A stretch of DNA of 64,000 nucleotides from Octopus vulgaris (GCA_951406725.2 OX597823.1:52700001-52764000), one strand, 5' to 3'; positions 41,818 to 54,152 are shown, counted from the first letter of the stretch. Notes: generated by a model from the letters alone, not told the origin. Made by a program: numbers and translations.

Positions 41818-42025
41818 TCTAGTTAGCAACTTCCTTGTCTTTCTGTCTAAGCTGTTTAGTTCATCTACTGTCTGTGCAATTACCCTTGCTCCATATCTAA
41901 GGAGTGAAACTGCCCAGGTGTTGATAACTTCAATCTTATTCCGTCCGTTTAATTTTGACTTAAGGATCAGTCTGTGCAAGTACTCCACCTTAAATTTTTC
42001 TGTTATTTCTTTCTCCATCAATTTA
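41818..42025 (-). pseudogene. R4/Dong-clade non-LTR retrotransposon RT fragment
   Basis: KVEYLHRLILKSKLNGRNKIEVINTWAVSLLRYGA...ELNSLDRKTRKLLT; flanked by (TAA)n on both sides. Confidence 0.85.
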
Positions 42026-42028
42026 TTC

Positions 42029-42068
<40 letters not shown>

Positions 42069-42071
42069 TTA

Positions 42072-42277
42072 TGGCAGTGAGCTGGCAGTCATTACTACAC
42101 CAGGCAAAATGCATAGTGGTATATCATCTGCCCCTGCATTCTGGGTTCAAATTCTGCCAAGATTGACTTTTCCTTTCATCCTTTTGGGGTTGATAAAATA
42201 AGCACCAGCTACTGGGATCAATGTAATTAACTTGCCCCTACCCCCAAAATTACTGGCCTTGTGCCAAAATTTGAAGC

Positions 42278-42281
<4 letters not shown>
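42072..42281 (+). mobile_element. SINE family B
   Basis: Consensus match. Confidence 0.75.
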
Positions 42282-42314
<33 letters not shown>

Positions 42315-42862
42315 GAGTGAGAGAGCAGTTCATGCCATCAAAGTGACACTGGGGTAAAATATACGAAGCCCAATATACCCATCATGACTACCCGTCTGAT
42401 AAAGGTACACCAGGCACATGCATCACAACCATATGTGCGCGACATGGTGATCTCATATGAAGATAAACAGCACATGACCTTGCAGGTGGGGCCCAGTTAG
42501 AATTTTCTTCAGGTTGAGTAGCCCATCCTGCTCAAAAGGTCCCTGAATAAGGGTTGCTTTAGGATGTTGAACGAAACACCTATGTTTCCAGAGGTGAATT
42601 ATTCAAACCCCAAAGAATCCCTCTCAACACATGGCCATGATGCTCCCCCACTACTACTGCTCGTGATCAGAGATGCACATATCGTCAGCCACTAAGGGAC
42701 ATGCTCAACTGGTTAAGGCCAAACAACTGACATGCAAATCTGTGGTATTGAGCAGAATATTTGCTGTAGCCCATCTTTTATACCAAGACAAAACAATGTA
42801 CATGATAACACTTCCAATCAGTTAAGATCAGAAGCCATGAGAGCCACTGCCTGGTACTGCAA
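42315..42862. mobile_element. about 550-bp non-coding insert within (ATT)n
   Basis: GC-richer block bounded exactly by (ATT)n on both sides; no recognisable ORF. Confidence 0.55.
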
Positions 42863-42888
42863 CATTATTATTATTATTATTATTATTA

Positions 42889-42965
<77 letters not shown>

Positions 42966-42970
42966 GTATA

Positions 42971-43176
42971 AGGCAGCAAGCTGGCGGAATCTTTAGCACT
43001 CTGGGCAAAATGTTTAGCGGCATTTCATCCATCTTTACATTCTGAGTTCAAATTCCACCATGACCAACTTTGCCTTTCGGGGTCAATAGAACAAGTACCA
43101 GTCAAGCACTGGGGTTGATGTAATCAACTAGTACCTCCAACTAAAATTTCAGGCTTTGTGCCTATAGTAGAAAGGA
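42971..43176 (+). mobile_element. SINE family B
   Basis: Consensus match. Confidence 0.75.
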
Positions 43177-43754
43177 CTTTTATCATCATTATTATTATTA
43201 TTATTATTATTTCTAACATATGAACAGCTGCATAATATATATTTCTGATAAGAAGAAACAGTTGCTTAAATAAACTTCAGTATATGTTCAGTTTATTTTA
43301 TCGACCTTGTGAAAGATGATGATGCATAAAATCAACTTCTATAAGAATTGAAGCGATAAAGAAACATAGTCTCAACATCACAATAATAATATATTTAATA
43401 ATATTAATAATATCATAAAAGGTATGCCAGAATAGAAGCAACACTACAAACTCAACTCATTTCACTGTCAACAGAGTTCCAGCACAAACATAAACTAATA
43501 TCAAAAGAACTCCCAGGAATTTTCTTTAAAATACTTGAAATGTAGTTTATATTTTATGTTGCTATAGAGGAGTGAAGGAAGATTTTTAATCATTGTGTAT
43601 GAGTGTATGTGTGTTTCATTGTATTTCGAAAGTATATAAATTTCATATGCATATTATACGTTTGGTATGAAAGTGAGCTAGTGATGGAAAAGCATTAGTA
43701 AATATGTATAAATCTTTTATGTATATGTGCACTTGTTTGTATGTATAAGCAAGT

Positions 43755-43880
43755 GTCAGCTGTGCAAGTGGTGGTGCAGGGGGTGTGATTTTGAAAGAAC
43801 CCATCCCTCAAACCGCTGAGACCCTAGAAGCATCACTGATGATGCATCCCAGAACATCCACGAAGTGTATCTTAAAACCA
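43755..43880 (+). mobile_element. possible HERO-like non-LTR retrotransposon 3' end
   Basis: ggggtgtgattttgaaagaacc...catcactgatgatgcatcccag resembles HERO-type 3' UTRs (recall only). Confidence 0.3.
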
Positions 43881-44012
43881 TGAATATGTATATATACACG
43901 TGTGTGTATGTGCTTGTCATATGTATATATATATATATGTGTGTATAAATGTACATATGCACACATACATATATATACACATACATAAATACATACATAC
44001 TTATACATATTC

Positions 44013-44047
<35 letters not shown>

Positions 44048-44205
44048 TATATAATAAAAACAAGCCCTAGCTTTGACTTGTTTGACTAAAGCCCTTCAAA
44101 GTGGTGCCCTAGCATGGTCGCAGTCAATGACTAAAATAAGCAAAAGATAAAAGATAAAATATATATATGAATATATATATATATATACACATTTATATAT
44201 ACATA

Positions 44206-44254
<49 letters not shown>

Positions 44255-45489
44255 CTATTTGTTTTGGCACTCTAAACTTACTCTACATCTTCAGTTTGAT
44301 CTTCTTGTTTTGATGTTTCTTGACCTTTTGCAGATTTTTAAATCCTTGATGATATGACATTAGCAGAAAATAATTTTTCAGTATAATGAAAACGAAATAA
44401 ATATAAATAAATATTACTTTACTATTATTTCTGTGTGTATATGTGTGTCCCAATGTATACTTTATTAATTTTTTTTTTTTTTTTTTTTTATCTTTTATAT
44501 CCACATTTTGATGCTTTTCTGTAAGTTCTTTTCTCATAACTTTGAAAATAATTATTTGAAGATTTTGGTATGTCATCTCTTTTAAACTTTCATAGCAGAC
44601 TAAATCTGACATCTACATTTCTTCAAAAATAGATACAAAGGAATTAAAGGAGACATTTGAGTAACAGTTAAATGATATTTACGCTTCTAAATTCTTTACC
44701 ATTAAAATAACTTATTTTTTTAAAGTGCATTTTCATTTTTCTTTTCACAGGTGTCTAGCAATTTGACCTTTGTATTAACTCTATGCAGCAGTCAACTTTC
44801 TTTGATTATTTGCTGAGATAAAAAAAAAAATGCATGTTTCAGTTTTATAAAAATATAAACACATGTGAAAAAAAAAAAAAACTGAGTGATTTATACTATG
44901 TTGAATTCTAGACTCAAATGACCTGAGAAATCTAGTAAAATGTCAACTGATTTAGCCTTTGTGTATCATTTCTTGCTGTTTACCAACTTTCAAGTAGCCA
45001 AGGAAGATAAGCATGTCATCTGAAGATTAGTAATTCACACGCAAATAAGTATCCCTCATATCTTTTATGGCCAATTTCTTCAAATTTTGATGTTTACCTT
45101 TACAAATGTCTAGTGAAGTTAATTAACAGAAAGATAACTCCACAATGGTATGACTAGAGAATATGTATAATATAATATTAGTTATTTACTAGACAGTGAG
45201 ATAGTGACTGAACCTCTACATGGTCATTTTCGTTTGTTAGGAATAACAGCAAAATCTCATCACATCTTACTGTTTTGAATAAGGAAAAGACACAATGAAA
45301 TCAATACAACTAGAATGCCCTTCTTTATAGGTCTGTTAGACCATGGTTTAATTAAGGCTAAACTACAACTTATCAGATAATTTCTTTCTTGTCTCTTTCT
45401 TGTCTTTCCCTGACCCTATTTTCTTTCATTATTATTATCTTCCTATTGATTTGTATTTTTTTTTTTGTTCAATAGGAATATTCTTTGAC

Positions 45490-45740
45490 TGTTTGGTTAA
45501 AATGTTTGCTCCTTCATCACATGGTTTTGGGTTCAGTCACCCTGAGAAAAATCTTTGGGCAAGTGTCTTCTGTTATAAGCACCAGATTGCCCAATGTCTT
45601 GTGGATAGATTTGATTGATGGAAATTGTGCAGAAGCCTGTAGTGTATGTGTGTACATATATTTCATCAACTAACTGTCAGTTAGTATGTGTCCCCACCAA
45701 TTAGGGGTTCAGTAAACAAAAGAAGAACAATAAAATAAGT
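45490..45740 (+). mobile_element. SINE family A, old
   Basis: ttgggcaagtgtcttctg...gatggaaattgtgcagaagcc. Confidence 0.6.
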
Positions 45741-46569
45741 AAAGAATAAAAAGTTATGAATGGTACAACAATGCACTATAATACAGACAATGGGCTATAT
45801 ACCTGTTGTAATTTAGTCCTCCATAGTCTGATATGATATTTCGGAATAGTATTCCTTCTTCAGATATTCTTAGATGGAGTCGCTGCTATAATCGGTTTTC
45901 GAACGGCTTTTCTTTTCTATTTTTTGGAAGTGTCTCAGCAGTGGTCTCATGATGCTCCTTCCAGAATTCCTTGTGAGAAGTGTGTGAGGTCAGCCATGCC
46001 TCAATCTCATGTGTGCTGGTATATCCGTAGCACTGCTTCTAAGTTACGTATTATACGTTCAGCTTCCTTTTTTTCCCTTCTTTTTTTTTCTCTTCTCTTT
46101 TTTTTTTTGTTATAAACTACGGAATCAAATTGAAATAAGTTCAGCTGGTCACCTTCTGTCAGATCATCTACCCCGTGCCAGCTGAAGGGCTGAACAGACG
46201 TGGAGACTGAACAGCTCTTCAGCTGGTCAGCTTCTATCAAACCATCTGATCCATGCCAGCATGGAAAATAGACATTAAACGAGGACAGTGATGACAAGGA
46301 TGAGGATGACAACGATGATGATGATGGCTAGCTTCAATTTGATAAACTAATCATTCTGAAATGGTGTTTCATCATGCTTGTTGTCCCATGACTGCAAGAA
46401 ATTAAATATATAAATGATCTGTCATCATCATCATGCTCACTCTCTGATGCTGTTCTTGTTCCTATTGTCATTTTCATCAGCAGCAGCATCACTACCATAA
46501 CCATCCTTTCCTTCAGTCCTTATTCTTACCCACAACTACAATTTTTACTGTCATCACAGGCAGTTTAGC

Positions 46570-46720
46570 AAAGAACATATGCTTTGTATGATAAATGTGA
46601 TAGATGCACTAAAGCAGTACACACAATGAGCAAACTAGAAACAGATTCTTTCAAATGCTCAGATGGCTCACTAGAAGTAGTTGATCATTTTTGTTGTGGA
46701 GGTGATGTAATTAGCAAGGT
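46570..46720 (+). pseudogene. RTE-X-like LINE RT fragment
   Basis: CDRC...DSFKCSDGSLEVVDHFCC.GDVIS resembles the LEVVDSFCYLGD motif. Confidence 0.6.
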
Positions 46721-46784
46721 TGCTCAGTTTAAGAACAGCCCCCTCCCACAGACTTTCAAGCCTTGTACCTATAACAATAAATGT

Positions 46785-47091
46785 TGCCCTTTTCAAGCCT
46801 AGCCAGGCTCATGGGCCCGGTTTCCCAGTTTCTGTGGCTTATGTGTTCCCCCCCCCCCCAGCTGGACGGGATGCCAGTCCATCACAGCATTACTCAAGAA
46901 ACAGGAAGAGAGAGTGAGAAAAAGTTGTGGTGAAAGAGTACTACAGGGGTCGCCACCACTCCCTGCCAGAGCCTCGTGGAGCTTTTAGGTGTTTTCACTC
47001 AATAAACACACACAACGCCCGGTCTGGGAATCGAAACAGCAATCCTCCGACTGCAAGTCCGCTGCCCTAACCACTGGGCCATTGCACCTCC
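46785..47091 (-). mobile_element. SINE family C variant inserted in a family B tail
   Basis: Near copy of 9870-10172; ttgtacctata is duplicated on both flanks. Confidence 0.85.
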
Positions 47092-47284
47092 TTTGTACCT
47101 ATAGTAGAAAGGATTATTATTGTCATTGTTGTTATCATTCCTATTTTACCCTCATAGCTATTTGATGTATAAAGAATCTCATTATATTTTTATAATCAAA
47201 TATAAGTAAGAATTGTATAGAATATTTTTTAAATTGTAAAAATATTTTGTACATTGTACAAGTATAAGTAATTTATTACACCAC

Positions 47285-47496
47285 AGGCATAGGTATGTGG
47301 TAAGAAGCTTGCTTCTGAACTGCATGGATCCAAGTTCAGTCTCACTGCATGGCACCTTGGGCAAGTGTATTTTACTATAGCCTGGGGTTAATCAAAGCTT
47401 TGTGAGTGGATTTCATAGACAGAAACTGAAAGAAACTCATTGTATATATGTATGTGCATATATGTGTGTGTGTGGGGGTTGTGTGTATGTATTTAT

Positions 47497-47556
<60 letters not shown>

Positions 47557-47835
47557 CAGAATATATATATAGATATATAGAAATGTATGTATATATTTAT
47601 GTGTGTGTTTCTTTGTGTCAGTATTTGTCCCACATCATCACTTGACAACCGATATTGGTGTGTTTATGTTCCTATAACTTAGTAGTTCAGCAAACAAAAA
47701 AACAACAGAAATAAGTACTAGGCTTACAAAAAATAAGTCCTGGGGTCGATTTCTCCAACTAACTAAAACCCTTTAAGGTGGTGCTCCAGCATGGCTGCAG
47801 TTAAATGACTGAAACAAGGAAAAGAATAAAAGAAA
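47285..47835 (+). mobile_element. SINE family A, full length
   Basis: Head, expanded internal TA/TG tract and tail. Confidence 0.85.
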
Positions 47836-48447
47836 AGATTAATAAAATTTTAACAGCAAAATTTTATGTGGACCCCAACATCCATGTGGACTCCGAGTTA
47901 AGAGCCACTGATTTAAACTGTAGCATGCAATTTGAAGGACATTTTGGCTGTTGTGTCTTGTAGCACAACCAATTACATTCAATATACATCGTTAACTCAC
48001 AGTATTAATCTTGTAGTTAATGATGATGATAATGCTTCTGTCATGATTGTTGTTATTGGTGTTGTAATTGTTACTGATATTGTTGTTGTTATAGTAGATG
48101 TTACTGCCATATGAGTCCCCTCAATAACAACATCACAGAAAACAACTCTACAGATAAACATACAACTTACTTACTTACTTACAAGAAGTAACAAAGTAAA
48201 TATAGCACAACCTAAGTTTATTCTCCAGATTGGCAGATGTTCACACCCATTTAATGCATTGTTTAATAGATTGGAAAAGGCAGACAAGAAGAGAAGGTAG
48301 TAATTTCATTACAATAGCCTGGACGTATTGCATGCAGTTTTTATGTACTTTTGGTATAAAAGAGATCATACAACCGAAACACTCTTTTTACCCTTGCCCT
48401 CTCATAATCTCAAATAAGAAATAAAAATAAATAGTTGAAGCATAGAT

Positions 48448-48481
<34 letters not shown>

Positions 48482-48699
48482 TTATACAGACATGTAAGTA
48501 CAAGCACACACACATATAATTAGGAAATTTGGAAGGTTTTTTTTTTAGTTCAATTTAATTTATTTTTTGTATATGCTGTATTTTGGTGTGTTTCCTTCCA
48601 CAAATTTTTTTTCTTGAAATGCAACAATCATATATGCCTTCTCATATACATATACACACATATATATATATACGCATTGAAACATTCCTGTCACAACCT

Positions 48700-48743
48700 G
48701 GGACCTTGAAGACTGCTTAAATGCAAGAAAGTATACTAGTCCT
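48700..48743 (+). ncRNA. compact type I hammerhead ribozyme motif
   Basis: GGGAC CUUGAAGA CUGC UUAAAU GCAA GAAA GUAUAC UA GUCCU. Stem I GGAC/GUCC, palindromic GUAUAC; the core has one extra U. Confidence 0.6.
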
Positions 48744-49127
48744 TTAATATTTAATATTTGATATTCAATATTTCATCTATTCAATAAGACAATCAATACT
48801 TCATTTCATTTTACTATATATACTATATATTCTATATCCTACATTAATATTATAAGAATATAAATAAAATATAAAAAACAGACAGAGTCGGAATTCCTTT
48901 GAATAATATATGCATATATATACACACATAAACACAAGTAAACACATAAATGTAAAACAAGGTGGGAAAAAATAGTACTCAATGCTTGATCACAATTGCT
49001 CAACAGCAGTTTTTTGTGATGTTCTTGCAACTTTGACAATAAAAAACAGTGTGTGTGTATATATGTATATATGACTGATTGATTGATTCTAGTTTCAGCT
49101 CATGAGCTGTGGCCATGCTGGGGCACC

Positions 49128-49178
<51 letters not shown>

Positions 49179-49184
49179 ATATAA

Positions 49185-49464
49185 GAAGTTTGAAAACACC
49201 ACTAAATAAGATAAATTTTTATTTTCTTAGAAATTTTACATGTTTCGGTTCTTCTTGAAAAAACGAACTTTATCAAAAATATTTTTAAAAGTTAACACCA
49301 CGTGGACTCTGATGAGACTAGTAAGAGACAATTATGAACTTTTTCTATAACACTTAACTTTTAAAAATATTTTTGATAAAGTTCGTTTTTTCAAGAAGAA
49401 CCGAAACATGTAAAATCTCTAAGAAAATTAAAATTTATCTTATATAGTGACGTTTTCAAACTTC
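49185..49464. repeat. fold-back inverted repeat (111-bp arms, 58-bp spacer) overlapping a hammerhead-like motif
   Basis: 49185-49295 vs 49354-49464; CTGATGA at 49309-49315; GAAA CATG TA at 49403-49412. Confidence 0.9.
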
Positions 49465-49537
49465 CTTTTTATAAATATATACCCATTCGTATGCCACCTA
49501 CACTTTTTATAAATATACACACACACACACACACGTT

Positions 49538-49563
49538 TGTATGTATGTATGTGTGTATGTATG

Positions 49564-49597
<34 letters not shown>

Positions 49598-49650
49598 TGT
49601 ATGTAGGTATGTATGTATGTATGTATGTATGTATGTATGTATGTATGTAT
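49538..49650. repeat. (TATG)n microsatellite
   Basis: Direct reading. Confidence 0.95.
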
Positions 49651-49981
49651 GTGAGTATGTATGTATATATATGAGCCTGTGCATGTGCATTAGTGTCAAC
49701 ATTGCATGATAGTTGTAAATGAGTGTCATTGTCATGCTAGCTGCATCCTTCATTTCTAATTTTCTGTGAAAACATCTCTGGTCACAGGGAAATATTACCT
49801 TCATTGGAAACAGGTGCAGTTTAGTGACAAGAAGGACATCCAGCCATTGAAAATAAATCTGCTTCAATAAACTCTGTCTGATGCAGGTAAACATCAGAAA
49901 GTGAATGTTAAACATTATATATCTGTACATTGTGCAACACAATTTAAATATTTGGAAGCTCTGCAGTGGCTGCGATAATAA

Positions 49982-50181
49982 TTCTTTCTACTATAGGCAT
50001 AAGGCCTGAAATTTGGGGGAGGGGGATAGTCGATTACATCAACCCCAGTGCATAACTGGTACTTAATCAGTCCTGAAAGGATGAAAGGCAAAGTTGACCT
50101 CAGTGGAATTTGAACTCGGAATGTAAAGATGGGCAAAATATCACTAAGCATTTTGCCCAGGGTGCTAATGATTCTGCCAGC
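49982..50181 (-). mobile_element. SINE family B
   Basis: Consensus match. Confidence 0.8.
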
Positions 50182-50505
50182 ACATAAACACATATTTTCT
50201 GCACTCTTGATTTTTCAGCAAAAGGGAGTCCCTTTATGCAACATTTTCTAGTTTGTTGACTACTCCTCAGAGAAGAGGTACCCAGTTTCCTTCCCCAATC
50301 AATAACTTAGATACCCTCCCATATAAAGCAGTCATAAATTAGGTTAGCACATTAGTGGATAGCCTAATTTCCATATTGGTGCATTTCATGCTTTGTTGCG
50401 AATTAACCCATAAATAGACATTAAATGATGATGATGATCATGATCACAAGGCCTGAAATGTTGATGATATATATATATATATATATATATTTATTATATA
50501 GAAGG

Positions 50506-50556
50506 AGCTTCTACAGGACTAGTACTGTTTCATTCAAGAGAAATCTTCAGGAAGCT
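50506..50556 (-). ncRNA. type I hammerhead ribozyme motif (left arm, minus strand)
   Basis: Exact reverse complement of 52382-52432. Confidence 0.75.
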
Positions 50557-50928
50557 ATTTAACAAGAATTGTATTAGCATTTATACATTTAGGCAGGTTT
50601 AGAGGGGTGGTGGTGGGGGACTTTTTTGGGGGTAGGCATAGCGCAAAATATCATACTTGGGGAGTGGTCAAGGAGTCAGTGGTAAGTTAGATGAAAGAAT
50701 AGATAAATAAAAAAATAAAATAATAAAATAAAAAAATAAAAAAAAAAAAAAAAAAATAATAATTAAAAAAAAAATTAAAAAATAAAAAAATAAAAAATAT
50801 ATATAAAAAATATATATATAAAAGAATATATATATAAAAAAAGGGGGGATAGAGTTATAGGTAAATAAGGAGATTCTCACTTGTACCTATACACACGTAT
50901 ACGTATCTACACACACATATATATACTC

Positions 50929-50972
<44 letters not shown>

Positions 50973-51272
50973 ATATATACACATATACATACATATCTAC
51001 ATACACACATACATACACCCGCCCACATATACAAATTTATACACATGCACATGCATATACCTGTCTACACATACACACACGTATATATGCATACACTCAC
51101 TCCCATGCATGCACGCATACACACATGTATATATATACACACGACCACACATACATATATACACAGAAAAATATATATTCATACGCACATACACTCATGC
51201 ACACACAACACACCTAGTTCCCTATATACACATATTTACACCTATATATACACATACACCCACATACACATA

Positions 51273-51316
<44 letters not shown>

Positions 51317-51415
51317 CACGCATACATATATATACATGTGTGCACATACATACATATACACATATACATACACACACACATACACATGTGTACCTATACA
51401 TACCTACACATACAC

Positions 51416-51458
<43 letters not shown>

Positions 51459-51501
51459 CCAATACAGGCCCATACCCTGTATGGGTATGGGCCTGTATTG
51501 G

Positions 51502-51542
<41 letters not shown>

Positions 51543-51647
51543 GTGTATGTGTAGGTATGTATAGGTACACATGTGTATGTGTGTGTGTATGTATATGTGT
51601 ATATGTATGTATGTGCACACATGTATATATATGTATGCGTGTATATG

Positions 51648-51680
<33 letters not shown>

Positions 51681-51996
51681 GTACATATGTGTATGTGGGT
51701 GTATGTGTATATATAGGTGTAAATATGTGTATATAGGGAACTAGGTGTGTTGTGTGTGCATGAGTGTATGTGCGTATGAATATATATTTTTCTGTGTATA
51801 TATGTATGTGTGGTCGTGTGTATATATATATACATGTGTGTATGCGTGCATGCATGGGAGTGAGTGTATGCATATATACGTGTGTGTATGTGTAGACAGG
51901 TATATGCATGTGCATGTGTATAAATTTGTATATGTGGGCGGGTGTATGTATGTGTGTATGTAGATATGTATGTATATGTGTATATATGTATGTGTG

Positions 51997-52029
<33 letters not shown>

Positions 52030-52381
52030 GAGTATATATATATGTGTGTGTAGATACGTATACATGTGTGTATAGGTACAAGTGAGAATCTCCTTATTTA
52101 CCTATAACTCTATCCCCCCTTTTTATATATATATTCTTTTATATATATATTTTTTATATATATTTTTTATTTTTATTTTTTTTTATTTATTTTTTTTATT
52201 TTTTTATTTTTTTTAATTTTTTTTTTTTATTTATCTATTCTTTCATCTAACTTACCACTGACTCCTTGACCACTCCCCCAAGTATGATATTTTGCGCTAT
52301 GCCTACCCCCAAAAAAGTCCCCCACCACCACCCCTCTAAACCTGCCTAAATGTATAAATGCTAATACAATTCTTGTTAAAT

Positions 52382-52432
52382 AGCTTCCTGAAGATTTCTC
52401 TTGAATGAAACAGTACTAGTCCTGTAGAAGCT
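52382..52432 (+). ncRNA. type I hammerhead ribozyme motif (right arm)
   Basis: AGCUUC CUGAAGA U-UUC-UCUU-GAA-U GAAA CAG-UACUAGUC-CUG UA GAAGCU: 6-bp stem I, GUA cleavage triplet, palindromic ACUAGU in loop III, U-U at the base of stem II. Confidence 0.75.
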
Positions 52433-52668
52433 CCTTCTATATAATAAATTAATTTTACTCTGCTATGTATTGAGTACCTTACTTACTGTGGTTAACCCCG
52501 AATCAACCCGGGACCTACATATATATATATATTAATATAATAAAAATATTAATATTTGAAGACAGGAAACAATTGTAGTGGCGATTTATTTACTTTATAT
52601 TAAAATTTTTTTATGTATTGATTAAGTCTTTCCTTGTTTGATTTACAAAATAGTGGTTTTGTCTCTAA

Positions 52669-52713
<45 letters not shown>

Positions 52714-52989
52714 GAAAATAGGATAAAATCTTTATAAGAATTTATCAAGTAGTTAACGTGAAAAACATCATAAGAGAAAAAAATCCATCAATTTTCTTCT
52801 TTAAATGTATTCATTTTTATTTTCGGAGTCCCTCCTAGCGTGTGGCATTTATGTGTAATAATGCCCTCTGTAAAATAATAGTATATATATATATATATAT
52901 ATATATATCATGATGATGATATATATATATACAATATATGAAATATGTATATACAATACATGAAATTTTGATTTCATATATATATATAA

Positions 52990-53180
52990 GGAAGCACTGC
53001 ATCCTTCAAAACTTCCATGCTTTCTGAGATTCGCCAACACTACACCTGATTTTCTCCCCTCCATACACACACAAGCATGTATCTGACTCATACATTGTTC
53101 GCTTTCCAGACTTTATACGCACTTTCTGACAAGTTGTGGTGCTCCTGAGCACTGTATACAATAATTTCATTATTATATAT
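52990..53180 (+). mobile_element. CR1-clade LINE 3' end, truncated
   Basis: Matches 29578-29790. Confidence 0.85.
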
Positions 53181-53235
53181 TATTATTATATATGAAATCA
53201 AAGCAAATTAAATAAAATTTGGGATTTTTTGTGGA

Positions 53236-53590
53236 GGGTTCCAGTTGATCCGAATCAATGGAACAGCCTGCTCGTGAAATTAACGTGTAAGTGGCTGAGC
53301 ACTCCACAGACACGTGCACCCTTAACGTAGTTCTCGGGGATATTCAGCGTGACACAGAGAGTCACAAGGCCGGCCCTTTGAAATACAGGTACAACAGAAA
53401 CAGGAAGTAAGAGTGAGAGAAAGTTGTGGTGAAGGAGTACAGCAGGGATCACCACCATCCCTGCCGGAGCCTCGTGGAGCTTTTAGGTGTTTTCACTCAA
53501 TAAACACTCACAATGCCCGGTCTGGGAATCGAAACCGCGATCCTATGACCGCGAGTCCGCTGCCCTAACCACAGGGTCATTGCGCATCCG
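53236..53590 (-). mobile_element. SINE family C, young
   Basis: CpG-rich; combines the 46910-47090 head with the 575-730 tail. Confidence 0.85.
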
Positions 53591-53601
53591 ATATATATCT
53601 A

Positions 53602-53821
53602 CAGGGTGAGCCAAAAGCCATGCACAAAATAAATTCAATATGCTCAAGAATTGCCAAAGGTATGCTTCAGTTTTTCTAAAGTTCAACAAAATAAATGAAA
53701 TAATGATGAATACACATGTACTTGTATGTGATGAACAAAATGAACAATGATAATAATAATAAAAATACTGCACTACAGAAAAATGGCAAATGTTTTGGTG
53801 CGTGACTTTTGGCCCACCCTG
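53602..53821. mobile_element. Tc1/mariner MITE (220 bp)
   Basis: TIRs cagggtgagccaaaagcca / tgacttttggcccaccctg with TA flanks. Confidence 0.8.
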
Positions 53822-54034
53822 TATATCTATGTCAGTGTATGTATGCATATATGTGTGTATGTATAGCCATATGTGCATGTGTGTGTGTGTGTGTTTGTAT
53901 ATATACATATGCACATATGTATATATTTCTGTTATACATGTATATGCTCATGTGTATATACATTAGTGTTTATATATGTATATATATATACACACATGAG
54001 CTTATTCATATGTATCTCCCTATATATGTGTGTG

Positions 54035-54075
<41 letters not shown>

Positions 54076-54152
54076 GAGTGTATGTGTATATTTGTATTTA
54101 TGTGTAAATGCGACTTTATGTATATGTGTGTGTCTATCTATCTATATTTATA

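Larger units (their letters stand above)
50489..52449. repeat. about 1.96-kb near-perfect palindrome, 5-nt loop at 51478-51482
   Basis: Centre caatccaatacaggcccataccc-tgtat-gggtatgggcctgtattggattg. Arms match out to atttattatatagaaggagc / gctccttctatataataaat. Confidence 0.95.

Noticed and set aside
50594-50672. G-quadruplex-like G runs in the palindrome arm
   Set aside because: The fourth long G run is far away; no evidence beyond composition.
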